NCBI GenBank assembly: GCA_938040325.1
Contig: CALHXW010000060.1
Coordinates: 9,080-73,079, forward strand
Length of the DNA: 64,000 nt
Source: an uncultured bacterium
Lineage (GTDB): Bacteria > Myxococcota_A > UBA9042 > PHBI01
Direction: 5' to 3'
Part shown: positions 10,801 through 19,480 of the stretch, one piece after another
How the letters are laid out: each line of letters opens with the position of its first letter
Numbering within the stretch: the first letter of the stretch is position 1
The notes under the pieces: generated by a model
Databases searched by the model: none
Told to the model about the DNA's origin: nothing
Seen by the model: only the letters and a program-made list of their open reading frames with translations
Position numbers and translations under genes: made by a program

Positions 10801-13800
10801 CCGGCGAGATCTGCGACGGCATCGACAATGACTGCGACGGCCTCGTCGACGGCGACGACCCGGACCTGCAGCTGGTGGAGTGTGAAGACCAAGACGGCGT
10901 GTGCAACGGCTCGATGAAGGTTGCAGCACTCTGCGTCGGCGGCGAGTGGGAAGCGTGCACCGCCACGCACTACAGCACGCACAGCGGCGACTATGACGCC
11001 AACACCGACCTCTGCGACGGGCTCGACAACGACTGCGACGAGACCAACGACGAGGACTTCGCGGCAGAAGCCACGGAGTGCGGCCAAGGTGCCTGCTTCG
11101 CCGAGGGCATGACCGCCTGCGTGCAGGGCGAGGTCATCGATACCTGCTCGCCAGGCGACGCCAGCTCCGACGAGGTGTGTGACGGCATCGACAACGACTG
11201 TGACGGCCTCGTCGACGCCCAAGACGACGACCTAGCACAGGTCCTCTGCGACGTGCAGGAGGGTGTGTGTGAAGGTGCCGAGCGTCCGACGTCGTTGTGC
11301 GTCAACGGCGAGTGGCAGGAGTGCGGTGCGGCCCAGTACGGCGGCAACTCCTTCGACTACGATCCCACGACCGACATCTGCGACGGCCTCGACAACGACT
11401 GCGACGGCGAGCTCGACGAGAGCTTCGTCGCCAGCGAGACCGACTGTGGCGTCGGTGCCTGCGCGGCCACCGGCGAGACGACCTGCGTTGACGGCGAGCT
11501 CATCGACACGTGCATGGCCGGCGAGCCGAGCGAGCTTGAGACCTGCGACGGCATCGACAACGACTGTGACGGCCTCGTCGACGCTCAGGACGACGACCTG
11601 CTGACACGCATGTGTGAGAACCAGCAGGGCGTCTGCGAGGGCTCGGAGAAGCCAGCCAGCCGCTGCGTCGACGGCGAGTGGGAGGCCTGCGAGGACTTCG
11701 ACTACGCTGGACACTCGACGGACTTCGAGCCTGACGGCGACCTGACCTGTGACGGCATCGACAACGACTGCAGCGGTGAGGCTGACGAGGACGTGCCCGA
11801 CGAGCCGAGCACCTGCGGCGTGGGTGCCTGCGAGGGCACGATGGGTGTGGTCACCTGCCAAGACGGCGAGCTGGTCGACACCTGTGACCCGGTCGCGAGC
11901 GCGGAGGCGGAGAGCTGCGACGCCATCGACAACGACTGCGACGGCGACGTCGATGAGGACTTCGAGACGCTGGGTCAGGGCTGCGATCCCAACCCCGAGG
12001 ACGACAACGTCTGTGAGTCGGGCGTCTACGTCTGTGCTGGCGACGGCTCGGGTGTCGTCTGCGAGCAGACCGAAGACATCGGTGTGGAGCGCTGCGACAA
12101 CATCGACAACGACTGTGACGGCGAGATCGATGAGGGCTGTGACGACGACGGCGACGACACGTGTGACGCCAACATGGTGTGCGTGACGGGCGTGGTCGTG
12201 GACGTCTGCCCCGGTGGCTGCGGTGACTGCAACGACGAGCCTGCCGACAACTACGAGGACGACGGGGCCAATGCCTACCCGGGCAACACCGAGATCTGCG
12301 ACAACGTCGACAACGACTGCGACGGTGAGATCGACGAGGGTTGCGATGATGACGGCGACGGCCACTGCGACGCGGCGATGGTCTGCTCCAGCGAGGTTGA
12401 GGCCATCGCACTGTGCGAGACCGGCTGCGACGACTGCGACGACGACAACGCGGACGTGAACCCCGGAGCGACCGAGACCTGCAACAGCATCGATGACAAC
12501 TGCGTCGACGGCATCGACGAGGGCTTCGGTGTCGGTGAGTCGTGCGTCGCCGGTGAAGGCGAGTGCCAGTCGATCGGCGTGCAAGTCTGCCAGGCCGATG
12601 GCGCGGGCGTGCTCTGCGACGCGGAGCTTGGCGACGAGAACGTCGAGGTTTGCGACGGCCGCGACAACGACTGCGACGGTGAAGTCGACGAAGGCTTCGA
12701 CCTCGGCGAAGCGTGCACGGTGGGTATCGGCGCATGCGAGAGCGAGCCAGGCGCGCTTGTCTGCCTGCCCGACGGCACGGCCGGCTGCGACGCAGCACCA
12801 CTGCTGCCCAAGCCCGAGACCTGCGATGCGATCGACAACGACTGCGACGGCGCCATCGACGAAGACCCAAGCGGCGAGAGCACGGTCTGTCTCGACGTGG
12901 AGACCACGGTGGACTGCCCGGCACCGGTGATCAGCGGCCACGACGTGACCATCACGTTCGCCGACGCGGTGACCGCGCAGACGAATGCCTTCGAGTGCCA
13001 GCTCGATGGCGGCCCGTGGCTGGCCTGCAACGGCGGGGTGGCGACGTACACCGACCTGCCCAACGGCCAGCACTCGTTCCTGGTGCGCGCGATCGGGCCC
13101 AACGGAGAGCCTGACCCCTCACCAGCTCTGTGCATCTGGGCCATCGACGACTCGGTGCCCGACACGGTCATCGACTTCTGCGCGGACAACCCGTCGCAGT
13201 CGAGCGACGCTACCTGTGGCTTCAGCACGCCGAGCGACGATGCAGAGCAGTTCTACTGCGTGCTCGACGCCGACACGACGCCGCCGCTGGCTGAGGACTT
13301 TGAGGCCTGTGACCCGGTCGAGACCTACGAGGGACTCGACGATGGTGAGCACACCCTGTGCGTGTACGTCGTCAACGAGGCCGGCGTCGCCGACCCCAGC
13401 CCAGCGTGTCACACGTGGGTCATCGACACGACGCTACCGGAGACGGCCATCGCGGACTGCCCGCCTGCGGCGACCTCGGCCAGCGACGTGACCGTGACGT
13501 TCTCGGATCCTGACGACAGCAGCGTCGTCAGCTTCGAGTGCCGCATCGACGACGGCGACTGGGCGCCTTGCCCGAGTGGCGAGGTGACCTATGGACCGCT
13601 CGAGGAGGGCGAGCACCGTCTCGAGGTGCGCGCGATCGACGCCAGCGGCAACGCCGACCCGATCCCCGCGTTCTGCGAGTGGGTGGTCGACGACTCCCCG
13701 CCCGACACGTTCATCCCGTTCCATCCGGAAGACCCCTCGCAGGTCGGCGACGCTGACTTCGGCTTCGCCTCCGACGAGAGCCCGGTGACGTACATGTGCG

Positions 13801-15821
13801 TGCTGGACCCGGAGACGCTGCCGCCAGCGCCCGAGGACTTCGCGCCTTGCGACGACACGGCGAGCTACGAGGGTCTCGAAGACGGACTGCACACGATGGT
13901 CGTCTACGCCATCGACGAGGCCGGCAACGCGGACCCGACCCCGGCGACGTACACCTGGGTCATCGACTCGACGGTCCCGGCGACGGAGATCACGAGCGGC
14001 CCGCCGACGCAACAGGGTCCCAACGAGCCTAACGGCTTCACGTTCCACGACCCCAACGACCCAGAAGCGGACTACTTCGAGTGCGCCGTTGACGGCGGTG
14101 AGTGGGTGCCGTGCCCTGACGGTGAGTTCTTCGCCGGCGAGCTGCCCTTGGGCCCTCATGAGCTGCTGGTGCGTACTTGCGACATCGACGGTGAGAAGCA
14201 GTGCGACCCGACCCCAGACATCTACGCCTGGGAGATTGTCGAGAGCCCCTGCCCGCTCGACGACACGGCACCGATGCTGGACTGTGCTGACGATGTGGTG
14301 CTCGAGTGCGCCGGCGGCAGCGCCGAGTTCGCGATCGATGGCATCCTGCCGAGTGCGGTCGACGCCTGTGCACCGGTCGACGTGACCTACACCGAGGTCA
14401 GCGCGACCTTCCCGATCGGGACGACCCCGCTGGTGTTCTCGGCAAGCGACGGCAACAACAACCTCGCAACCTGCGTGACGCGCGTCACCGTGGCGGACAC
14501 CCAGCCGCCCGCGATTGTGTGCCCGGAGGCCATCGAGGTGATCTCGCCCGATGACAGCTGCGGCGCGGCCATCGAGATGCCGGCGCCGCTAGCGTCCGAT
14601 GTCTGCGACGACGATGCCACGCTCTTGGTCTACAACGATGCGCCGCCTGTGTTCGGCGTCGGCGAGACGGTCGTGACGTACACGGTCATCGACGCCGCTA
14701 GCAACGTGACCTCGTGCGAGACACTGGTGACGGTCATCGACGACACGCCGCTGGTGCTCGAGTGCACGCCGACCGTTGAGGTCGTCGCCGACGCTGACGC
14801 ATGCGACTGGACCGGCGTGGTTCAGGCGCTCGCGTCCGACAACTGCGCGGTCGACGCCACGGTCATCGACGAAGAGGCGGAGTACCCGGTCGGCAACCAT
14901 CAGGTCGACTTCACGGCGATGGACGATGCCGGAAACTCCGACGCGTGCACGACGCTGCTGACGGTCATCGACGGCACACCGCCGGCAGTTGAGTGCGGCA
15001 CACTGAGCGGGACGACCGTGCCACAGACCGTCACGGCGACCGCGTCGGACGCATGCGGTGCGGAGCTCCAGCTCTTGGAGCTGTCCTGCACGGTCGTCGA
15101 CGCTGACGGCACGGAGACGGCGCTCGATGAGGCCGCCTGTCCGGTCACGGTCGACGGCGACACGATGACGATCGAAGGGTCGGTCGAAGGCGAGCTGCAC
15201 ATCAGCTACACCGCATCGGCGGTGGACCCGAGCGGCAACGTCGGCGATGCGCCCTGCGACTTTGTCTTTAGCTCCGACATCGATGCTGACGGCATCATCG
15301 ACGGCAGCGACAACTGCCCGATGACGCCGAACGCGGCGCAGGAGGACGGCGACGGCGATGGCGTGGGCGATGCCTGCGACGTGTGTCCAAGCGCCGCGGA
15401 CGCTGACCAGACCGACAGCGACGGTGACGGCACCGGCGACGCTTGCGACACGTGCGTGAACGAGGCCAACACCGAGCAGCGTGACGGCGACGGTGACGGC
15501 ATCGGCGACGTCTGCGACATCTGCCCGGCGGTCGCCGACGCAGACCAGCTCGACACGGACGGCGACGGCGTCGGCGATGCATGCCAGGACGAAGACGACG
15601 ACGGCATGATCGACACGGTCGACAACTGCCCGTTCATCGGCAACCCCGACCAGGGTGACTTCGACGGCGACGGACTGGGCAACGCCTGCGACCCGGTCGA
15701 CGACGGCGTGGTGGCCTTCGGTAGCGGCGGCTGCAGCGGCGGCAGCGCACCGGCTGGCCTGCTGTGGCTCTTGGCGGCAGCGGCGGCCCTCGGCCTGCGC
15801 CGACGGCGGTCCCAAGTCTGA
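4821..15821 (+). CDS. giant secreted mosaic adhesin-like protein (signal peptide; MopE-type CDGxDNDCDG repeat modules; HYR domains; thrombospondin type-3 repeats; MYXO-CTERM)
   Basis: A single ORF of 3666 aa starts at the ATG at 4821 (MSFRLKTALAGSLGSALVLVFALAATPDAHA = Sec signal; GGGGA 5 nt upstream). It has about 26 copies of C-D-G-x-D-N-D-C-D-G-x-x-D-E, then 4 roughly 115-aa beta-sandwich-like repeats and HYR-like repeats. Classic TSP3 repeats follow (D.DGDG.GDACD.CP…NxxQxDxDGDG). The C-terminus is …GCSGGSAPAGLLWLLAAAAALGLRRRR (MYXO-CTERM pattern). Confidence 0.85.
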   Translation: MSFRLKTALAGSLGSALVLVFALAATPDAHAACDDPPTLLFQLKDAPTTWTCGTSQSFKVNYSVSAGELAPAQIRVTLPVGMYYQSASGNLPQFSNGSCTGNWTTTGQVCTFSTSSLDGSAGAVAGQFSVTARADCNYFDEGNTNVTIPGVLDGTYEGTEGEACDVDPDVASSDDTVIVNNVIQNTYSLITYSGFESRWISNADPQCYEMPDGNTYRIAVVRSYFNRTGGNENWGNPSATYEMPTIPGAIWLGPQNSSTVNITAPTGLDTGDPLPASVTLSVTRSEAQFSYLRYYYFYFAVPCAGAPAETGLTTNVTVTEGGVANTDAVNATWNSPNFTNPGCPTDGNRYCSGYCDDNPTASVGTSHQNVVSPSTVSLAAFHHYSQTQTGSSYSDELYHVQVVSSELNVNYLQALWIGSNATCGPTFYRCNIPDKVDELVTKAEFLASYKDSASCTVFYSTYYPPATETNTHLFAYGSELDCEGTEIFPVLNAFWKGQSFPDGFQGWSINTNPYSRLWVNYSSPGCSQVDDALNFSSAYTRTHCPESTELSGENTLPKTVQGQNSFYSNTGGLPATVQCGETKDVWFYNNNYYSYNPRDGIVVNPRWDLDIPSNASLFGCEWINTNGTGCSAPTALNVTEVVNADGTKTLRVEPKSEDDGDYHLVRHGGLCGAAPCDPVGAGNIRCKAFFDCANQYENNEAVNFCNEADADNQAYATPLRRCQTTRVDVPIQKRATISPICSDEDTPLEIPEGTPGARFTASNSGGAVLNQVIIENTLPRVGDGSNTEIDSYYYAHVISGDQTGSCTVECYINDWAACPTDATAFDVTKVRMLCDELNPYEAQTLDLFVQFTAADGGTSNGKDVIATAVLLDDNLLPAEVEAITPTIVGRCPGIFQVCVFFDEDGDGVKDANETFMANWPFTVTDQLDAGNNFEDIVPAGGNYEVTVAAGDYDFAYTNPLNENAYTLDTWEITADVPTSFTITPGFDTKITIPARCTCNDGEPCTADECSFLGTCSFPPTQPDNPDPDLCDGIDQDCDGQIDEDHVDQNTTCGTGSSEACTAYGNALCINGTVVDTCEEPTGSPEVCDGEDNDCDGQIDIFDASLVIPNCESQQGVCSGCKKPRSLCVDGDWQDCTGATYAGCAFPQQYLPGDADCNNLDNDCDGSTDEGYQSQSTSCGVGACSDTGTISCINGNEIDSCNPGGPGIELCDGEDNDCDGLVDALDPDLVLPSCEDQDGVCRGATKPPSLCTNGSWQSCTDAVYEDHSNLYDSSNGGDICDGYDNDCDGDLDEDFVAEPTNCGTGVCAGTGMTVCVPDVSCDSDPFAPGCPCEPFDPDQNGTDQNGTDQNGTFDFPTARGSQFGGEFGECDLCEVAPKHPLCDPCFFIPDNPNCGDPCDIDPGSPECCEVDLDHPSCDPCELDPGSLDCCDEFPDHPECDPCAFDPELCDPCFLTDCSECFNSEFANEECFLCCDFPAFAGPSLPAYSAQIINTCEVGEPDGNETCDGEDNDCDGLTDAEDPDLVIEECEDQDGVCEGANHTANQCIGGEWSSCGFANYIVNDVSYTGAHPEEGGLDACDGVDNDCDGEIDEDFEGEEVTCGVGVCASTGTTSCQDGEIVNTCEPGDPSADEVCDGVDNDCDGLVDGEDPDLVLEACELQDGVCDGSRHTREQCVDGEWSECVFSNYITNSTDYNANQDLCDALDNDCDGTDDEDHSDLETNCGVGSCAATGVLTCDGGVPTDSCEAGEPESDEVCDGEDNDCDGLTDAADPDLVITQCDNQDGVCDGSVHTPNQCVNGEWADCTTVNYLSNNLAYDPNTDLCDGLDNDCDSEDDEDFPSVATSCGTGACAAMGETACVDGVAVDTCEPGDPDAEETCDGNDNDCDGLLDGADPDLVLVECALQDGVCEGSMRNATLCVGGEWQDCGTVEYLANDLSYTSGVDVCDGSDNDCDGDVDESFESQPTSCGVGACAATGETVCQDGTEIDTCVVGESSGEICDGIDNDCDGLVDGDDPDLQLVECEDQDGVCNGSMKVAALCVGGEWEACTATHYSTHSGDYDANTDLCDGLDNDCDETNDEDFAAEATECGQGACFAEGMTACVQGEVIDTCSPGDASSDEVCDGIDNDCDGLVDAQDDDLAQVLCDVQEGVCEGAERPTSLCVNGEWQECGAAQYGGNSFDYDPTTDICDGLDNDCDGELDESFVASETDCGVGACAATGETTCVDGELIDTCMAGEPSELETCDGIDNDCDGLVDAQDDDLLTRMCENQQGVCEGSEKPASRCVDGEWEACEDFDYAGHSTDFEPDGDLTCDGIDNDCSGEADEDVPDEPSTCGVGACEGTMGVVTCQDGELVDTCDPVASAEAESCDAIDNDCDGDVDEDFETLGQGCDPNPEDDNVCESGVYVCAGDGSGVVCEQTEDIGVERCDNIDNDCDGEIDEGCDDDGDDTCDANMVCVTGVVVDVCPGGCGDCNDEPADNYEDDGANAYPGNTEICDNVDNDCDGEIDEGCDDDGDGHCDAAMVCSSEVEAIALCETGCDDCDDDNADVNPGATETCNSIDDNCVDGIDEGFGVGESCVAGEGECQSIGVQVCQADGAGVLCDAELGDENVEVCDGRDNDCDGEVDEGFDLGEACTVGIGACESEPGALVCLPDGTAGCDAAPLLPKPETCDAIDNDCDGAIDEDPSGESTVCLDVETTVDCPAPVISGHDVTITFADAVTAQTNAFECQLDGGPWLACNGGVATYTDLPNGQHSFLVRAIGPNGEPDPSPALCIWAIDDSVPDTVIDFCADNPSQSSDATCGFSTPSDDAEQFYCVLDADTTPPLAEDFEACDPVETYEGLDDGEHTLCVYVVNEAGVADPSPACHTWVIDTTLPETAIADCPPAATSASDVTVTFSDPDDSSVVSFECRIDDGDWAPCPSGEVTYGPLEEGEHRLEVRAIDASGNADPIPAFCEWVVDDSPPDTFIPFHPEDPSQVGDADFGFASDESPVTYMCVLDPETLPPAPEDFAPCDDTASYEGLEDGLHTMVVYAIDEAGNADPTPATYTWVIDSTVPATEITSGPPTQQGPNEPNGFTFHDPNDPEADYFECAVDGGEWVPCPDGEFFAGELPLGPHELLVRTCDIDGEKQCDPTPDIYAWEIVESPCPLDDTAPMLDCADDVVLECAGGSAEFAIDGILPSAVDACAPVDVTYTEVSATFPIGTTPLVFSASDGNNNLATCVTRVTVADTQPPAIVCPEAIEVISPDDSCGAAIEMPAPLASDVCDDDATLLVYNDAPPVFGVGETVVTYTVIDAASNVTSCETLVTVIDDTPLVLECTPTVEVVADADACDWTGVVQALASDNCAVDATVIDEEAEYPVGNHQVDFTAMDDAGNSDACTTLLTVIDGTPPAVECGTLSGTTVPQTVTATASDACGAELQLLELSCTVVDADGTETALDEAACPVTVDGDTMTIEGSVEGELHISYTASAVDPSGNVGDAPCDFVFSSDIDADGIIDGSDNCPMTPNAAQEDGDGDGVGDACDVCPSAADADQTDSDGDGTGDACDTCVNEANTEQRDGDGDGIGDVCDICPAVADADQLDTDGDGVGDACQDEDDDGMIDTVDNCPFIGNPDQGDFDGDGLGNACDPVDDGVVAFGSGGCSGGSAPAGLLWLLAAAAALGLRRRRSQV
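7905..12875 (+). repeat. array of about 13 bipartite modules, each with two CDGxDNDCDG putative metal-binding (MopE-type) motifs and a Cys-rich insert
   Basis: The repeated protein pattern is CDGxDNDCDGxxDE…CGxGxC…CDGxDNDCDGLxDxxDPDLVxxxCExQDGVC…GEWxxC…Y. Copies are diverged at the DNA level. Limits are approximate. Confidence 0.6.
14245..15705 (+). other. HYR (hyalin-repeat) domains (about 14245-15200) followed by thrombospondin type-3 calcium-binding repeats (about 15275-15705) within the giant ORF
   Basis: HYR pattern D..PP.I.CP…SDNC.V…G.H.V.FTA.D.AGN…C...V.V.D appears 4-5 times. TSP3 pattern D.D.DG..D..DNCP...N..Q.D.DGDG.GDACD appears about 4 times. Confidence 0.6.
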
Positions 15822-15845
15822 CGTAGCGTTCCGTCTGGATGCTCT

Positions 15846-15885
15846 GAACCCGCTGACGCAACCGTGTCAGCGGGTTCTTTGTGTT
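15846..15885 (+). terminator. rho-independent terminator after the giant adhesin gene
   Basis: A perfect 12-bp stem GAACCCGCTGAC / GTCAGCGGGTTC with an approximately 8-nt loop is followed by TTTGTGTT. It lies 25 nt after the stop at 15821. Confidence 0.55.
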
Positions 15886-15951
15886 CGAGCACCATCGTTG
15901 CATCCGAGTCGCGTTTGAAGACAATGACCCTCGACGACAATGGAGCAACGC

Positions 15952-16692
15952 ATGAACACGCTACTCTACAGCGAGCTTGTGGCCTTCTATCACCTGCTTG
16001 ACCCACTCGAGGACCACGAGGACGAAGCGGAGGCGTTTGGCGGGGTGCTGAGGCAGGCGGTGCCGGGCGCGACGAGCTTACTCGAGCTTGGCGCCGGAGC
16101 CGGTCACGGCGCTCACTACATCAAGCATGTGTTTGAGCAGACGGTGCTCACCGACCTCTCAGACCCAATGCTTGAGCGCTCGAGGATGCTCAACCCAGAC
16201 TGCGAACACATCCTGGGCGACATGCGCTCCATGCGTTTAGACCGCACGTTCGACTGTGTCCTCGTCCACGATGCGATCGCCTACCTGCTCACTGAAGACG
16301 ACTTGCTGGCTTGCATGCAGACCGCGTTTGCCCACTTACGAGTCGGGGGCGCGGCCCTGCTGGTACCAGACTGCACGCAAGAGAGCTTTCGAGAGTGCCA
16401 CGAGGACCATGACGGCGACGACGGTGAGCGCTCGCTCCGCTGCATCTCCTGGAGCACCGACCCGGACCCTGACGACTCCACCCACATCACCGACTTTGCG
16501 TTCTTGCTACGCGAAGCTGGCGAGATCCGGGCCGTCCATGACCGCCACCACTACGGCCTCTTCGCCGTCGACACGTGGAGACGCCTTGCCGAGCGTGCAG
16601 GCTTTGAGGTCGAGACCGTCACACGGCCCCTGACCGAGGACGAGGCAGACTCCGCGTACACCGACATCATGTTTCTGTGCCGCAAGCCATAA
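15952..16692 (+). CDS. class I SAM-dependent methyltransferase
   Basis: Motif I (LLELGAGAGHGAHYI) and post-I acidic residues (VLTDLSD) are present, in a Rossmann-type MTase layout. Start is at the ATG at 15952 (MNTLLY) or the upstream ATG at 15940. Confidence 0.6.
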   Translation: MNTLLYSELVAFYHLLDPLEDHEDEAEAFGGVLRQAVPGATSLLELGAGAGHGAHYIKHVFEQTVLTDLSDPMLERSRMLNPDCEHILGDMRSMRLDRTFDCVLVHDAIAYLLTEDDLLACMQTAFAHLRVGGAALLVPDCTQESFRECHEDHDGDDGERSLRCISWSTDPDPDDSTHITDFAFLLREAGEIRAVHDRHHYGLFAVDTWRRLAERAGFEVETVTRPLTEDEADSAYTDIMFLCRKP

Positions 16693-16825
16693 CGCCAGTG
16701 TTGGATCGGGTTGCACAGGCCCATGACGCTGAACCGAGGCGCGCGGCCGCCGGACTGGATCGGTCAATTCAAGCCCGCGTGACACGCGCGCGAGCGGTAC
16801 CGCCGACGCGGTCAGCCCGCAGCGC

Positions 16826-18349
16826 TCACCGCCAAGTCGGGGGCTTCGGCGCGCCCCAGAGCACGAGACTCCGGTCGGTGCAGGCCTTCGCGAAGGCGTC
16901 GTCGTGGCTGATGAGCAATAGTGCACCTGGGTAGGCACCGAGCGCCATCTCGAGCCGCTCGATCGAGGGCAGATCGAGGTGGTTGGTAGGCTCATCGAGC
17001 GCGAGCAGCCAGACCTGCCGGCTCAGGCCGAGCGCGAGGGCGAGCTTACGCGCCTCACCCGGGCTGGGTGCGTCGGTTCGCAGTAGGACCTCCGGTGCAA
17101 CACCGAGGTCGGCGAGGATGGACAGAACCCTCCCACGCGCGGCCGCGTCGAGCGCCGCTAGCTCCGCCATGAGCCTGTCAATGGCGGCGTCGCTGAGCAC
17201 CTGCGGCACGACCATGAGCTTGTCGGATGGAAGTGTGGCGGCGTTTAGCATCGCACGCATCAGCGTCGTCTTGCCGGCACCGTTGTCACCGGCGAGCCGC
17301 AGGTGTTCGCCACGGCGAAGCGTCAGCTGCACCTCGGTCGCCACGCAGGTGTCGCCCGTGCAGAGACGCTCGGCCACATACCGAAGGAGCACCGGCTTCG
17401 GTGCCGGCTCATAGTCCACAAAGAGCGCCCCGCCGAGCGCCTTTGCCGGCAACGCTGCGTGGGCGCTCGACAGCTCCCGCCGGGCACTATCGACGCGCTG
17501 CCGGACTGCGCTGACCCGTCGAGCAACGCTCGCTTCGGCCTTGAGCACCCGCTGTTGTCGATTGGCGGTTGTTGCCTCTCGATCACCCGCGTTCTTCATG
17601 CGCTTGTGGGCTCTTCGGTTCGCGGTCGTCGCGGCGAGCCGGTCGCGCTGCTCGATGAGCTGCCGCTGCTGTTTGCGTTGGCGTCGCTTGGCTTCCGCGT
17701 AGCGTGTGCGGTCGTGGGCGTCGGTGCGGTCCCAAGCGGCTTTAGCCAGGTCGTAGGGCGCTGGAGTGAGCTGGGCCGCGCCATGGGCGACGCGCAGCGT
17801 GGACGTGCAGACACCGTTGAGCAGCGCGCGGTCGTGAGAGACCAGCAGTCCAAGGCCCCGGTATGCGCGCAGCGCTCCCAAGAGACGCTCGGACTCGTTG
17901 CCGTCAAGGTGGTTGGTCGGCTCGTCGAGCAAGAGGATCTCGGGCTCGCGATAGAGCGCGGCGGCCAGCTGCCAGCGCTTTCGCTCCCCAGGCGAGAGCG
18001 TTTGCCAACGCGCCACGTCGTCGTCGCCGAGCGCGAGACGTCCGCGCAGCCGGCAGGCAGCCGGCGACCAGCTGAGGGAGAGCTCCTTCACGGCCGACGT
18101 GCAAGCGCTCGCGCGCTGCGGACAGAGCTCAACGGCGACATCACCCGAGCGCATCACGGTGCCGGCGGTGGGTCGCAGGTTCCCAGCGACCAGCCGCAAC
18201 AGCGTGGTCTTCCCGTGGCCATTGGGACCAACGATGCCGGTCCAGCCCGTGTGCAGATGGAGGTTCAAGCCGCGGAAGAGCGGGCGGCTCGGCTCATAGT
18301 GGAACGCCACGCCAACAAGGCGCAGCACGAGGTGTGATCGTGGAGACAT
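16826..18349 (-). CDS. ABC-F family ATPase (two tandem ABC domains, no TMD)
   Basis: Two Walker A motifs (GPNGHGKTT; GDNGAGKTT) are present. Two signature/Walker B segments are present (LSPGERKRWQLAAAL…LLLDEPTNHLD; …LLALDEPTNHLD) with an inter-domain linker. The most likely start is the ATG at 18349 (MSPRS…); the ORF track extends it to 18517. Confidence 0.8.
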   Translation of the reverse strand: MSPRSHLVLRLVGVAFHYEPSRPLFRGLNLHLHTGWTGIVGPNGHGKTTLLRLVAGNLRPTAGTVMRSGDVAVELCPQRASACTSAVKELSLSWSPAACRLRGRLALGDDDVARWQTLSPGERKRWQLAAALYREPEILLLDEPTNHLDGNESERLLGALRAYRGLGLLVSHDRALLNGVCTSTLRVAHGAAQLTPAPYDLAKAAWDRTDAHDRTRYAEAKRRQRKQQRQLIEQRDRLAATTANRRAHKRMKNAGDREATTANRQQRVLKAEASVARRVSAVRQRVDSARRELSSAHAALPAKALGGALFVDYEPAPKPVLLRYVAERLCTGDTCVATEVQLTLRRGEHLRLAGDNGAGKTTLMRAMLNAATLPSDKLMVVPQVLSDAAIDRLMAELAALDAAARGRVLSILADLGVAPEVLLRTDAPSPGEARKLALALGLSRQVWLLALDEPTNHLDLPSIERLEMALGAYPGALLLISHDDAFAKACTDRSLVLWGAPKPPTWR

Positions 18350-18979
18350 GGTGCAACCGTGAAGAACCAGGAACTCAGTCCACGCGATGGGCCCGCCATT
18401 CGGGTCACGCGTGGTGCAGGAAGGCTTCAGCAGTTGCGGTTGATCATCGTCTCGTCTCGATTCGTCGTGTGGCCGGCCTATAGGCGCGTGCGCTCGCGCC
18501 GTCAACGTCCCGGTCACTCGGCGCTTGTTAGGACCGCGCCCCCCAACACGCGACAGGCCCAGCCACGAACTTGGCGGTCGGCGTGGACGACTTCCTCGCT
18601 CGGCCGATCTCGATGCAAGGCGTTAACGCGACGTTCCAGACGTGGCCTCATGGTGGGTCGCACCTCGAAACGGGCACCAACTCACGGACTCAGGGTATCG
18701 TGGCGCTGACAGCTAAGTTTTGCAGGACCGCCAGACCCCACCATGCGCCAGGACCGACCGCGAAACCCCCGCAATGTCGGACGGTTAAAGCGATGGGGTC
18801 GGTTGACCCCGTCCTGGGGTATCTGGACCTCGCATCACGCGTGCAAAGCGTGCGACGCGCGACGCCTCGGACCCACTGGAGCCTGCCAAGAGCTGCTTCG
18901 ACCGGTGTTGGCAGGCTTCTTGCGACGGGGTCCGATGTCGAGCGCAGCTGGGCGCAACGACGGACACAAGGACATAAGC

Positions 18980-19468
18980 ATGAGTTACGCAAGCCTAGGA
19001 CGCAGCCAACAAGAGGTCGCCCATGGCACAGAGAGCAAGGCACATGCGGACGGCGAGCGCAGCCGAACCCGAGCGATAACCCAGGGCCTTGAGGGACACG
19101 CAGCTCAGTCCGAAGCGCTCAAGCCGAAGGCCGAGGTGGACATCCACCGCTCGCTGCGGACCAAAGACCGGCTCGAAGCCATCGCTGCTGAGCTGGCGGC
19201 ACAGGTGGACATGCCGTCCCGGCAGTCGGAAGACCTTGTCGTCGACTGCACCAACGCACGCATCGCCGCCGCTGGACTGCTGGCGACCTATCCTGCGGCC
19301 GACCTGTCGCAAGGGGACCGCGACTACCTCCGCATGGGACTCCAAGCTGTGGTTGGCGAGATCGAGGTGGCGATCCGAGCGATCACCAACAACGGCGACC
19401 GAGACCAAGCGCAGCTTCAGATTGACAAGCTGCGCATGTCTGCTGCACACCTCCACCTCAACCGCTAA
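18980..19468 (+). CDS. hypothetical protein (probably co-transcribed with the downstream vWA-like gene)
   Basis: The coding-like 3' portion of ORF 18743-19468 begins at the in-frame ATG at 18980. The upstream part is Arg-rich and looks non-coding. A 12-nt gap separates it from the next gene, which has an AAGGA Shine-Dalgarno-like motif. Confidence 0.4.
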   Translation: MSYASLGRSQQEVAHGTESKAHADGERSRTRAITQGLEGHAAQSEALKPKAEVDIHRSLRTKDRLEAIAAELAAQVDMPSRQSEDLVVDCTNARIAAAGLLATYPAADLSQGDRDYLRMGLQAVVGEIEVAIRAITNNGDRDQAQLQIDKLRMSAAHLHLNR

Positions 19469-19480
19469 GGAAGCCACACC

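Noticed and set aside
6768-13073. Large minus-strand ORFs (6768-9059, 9081-11222, 11232-13073, 12275-13228, etc.)
   Set aside because: They are shadow ORFs antisense to the giant adhesin gene. Open frames are expected in 70% GC repetitive coding DNA, and their composition is Ala/Val/Arg-rich nonsense.
18349-18517. 168-nt 5' extension of the ABC-F ORF to 18517
   Set aside because: The extension encodes Arg/Asp/Pro-rich sequence before a clean Met-Ser-Pro start that aligns with the ABC-F N-terminus. The shorter start at 18349 is preferred.
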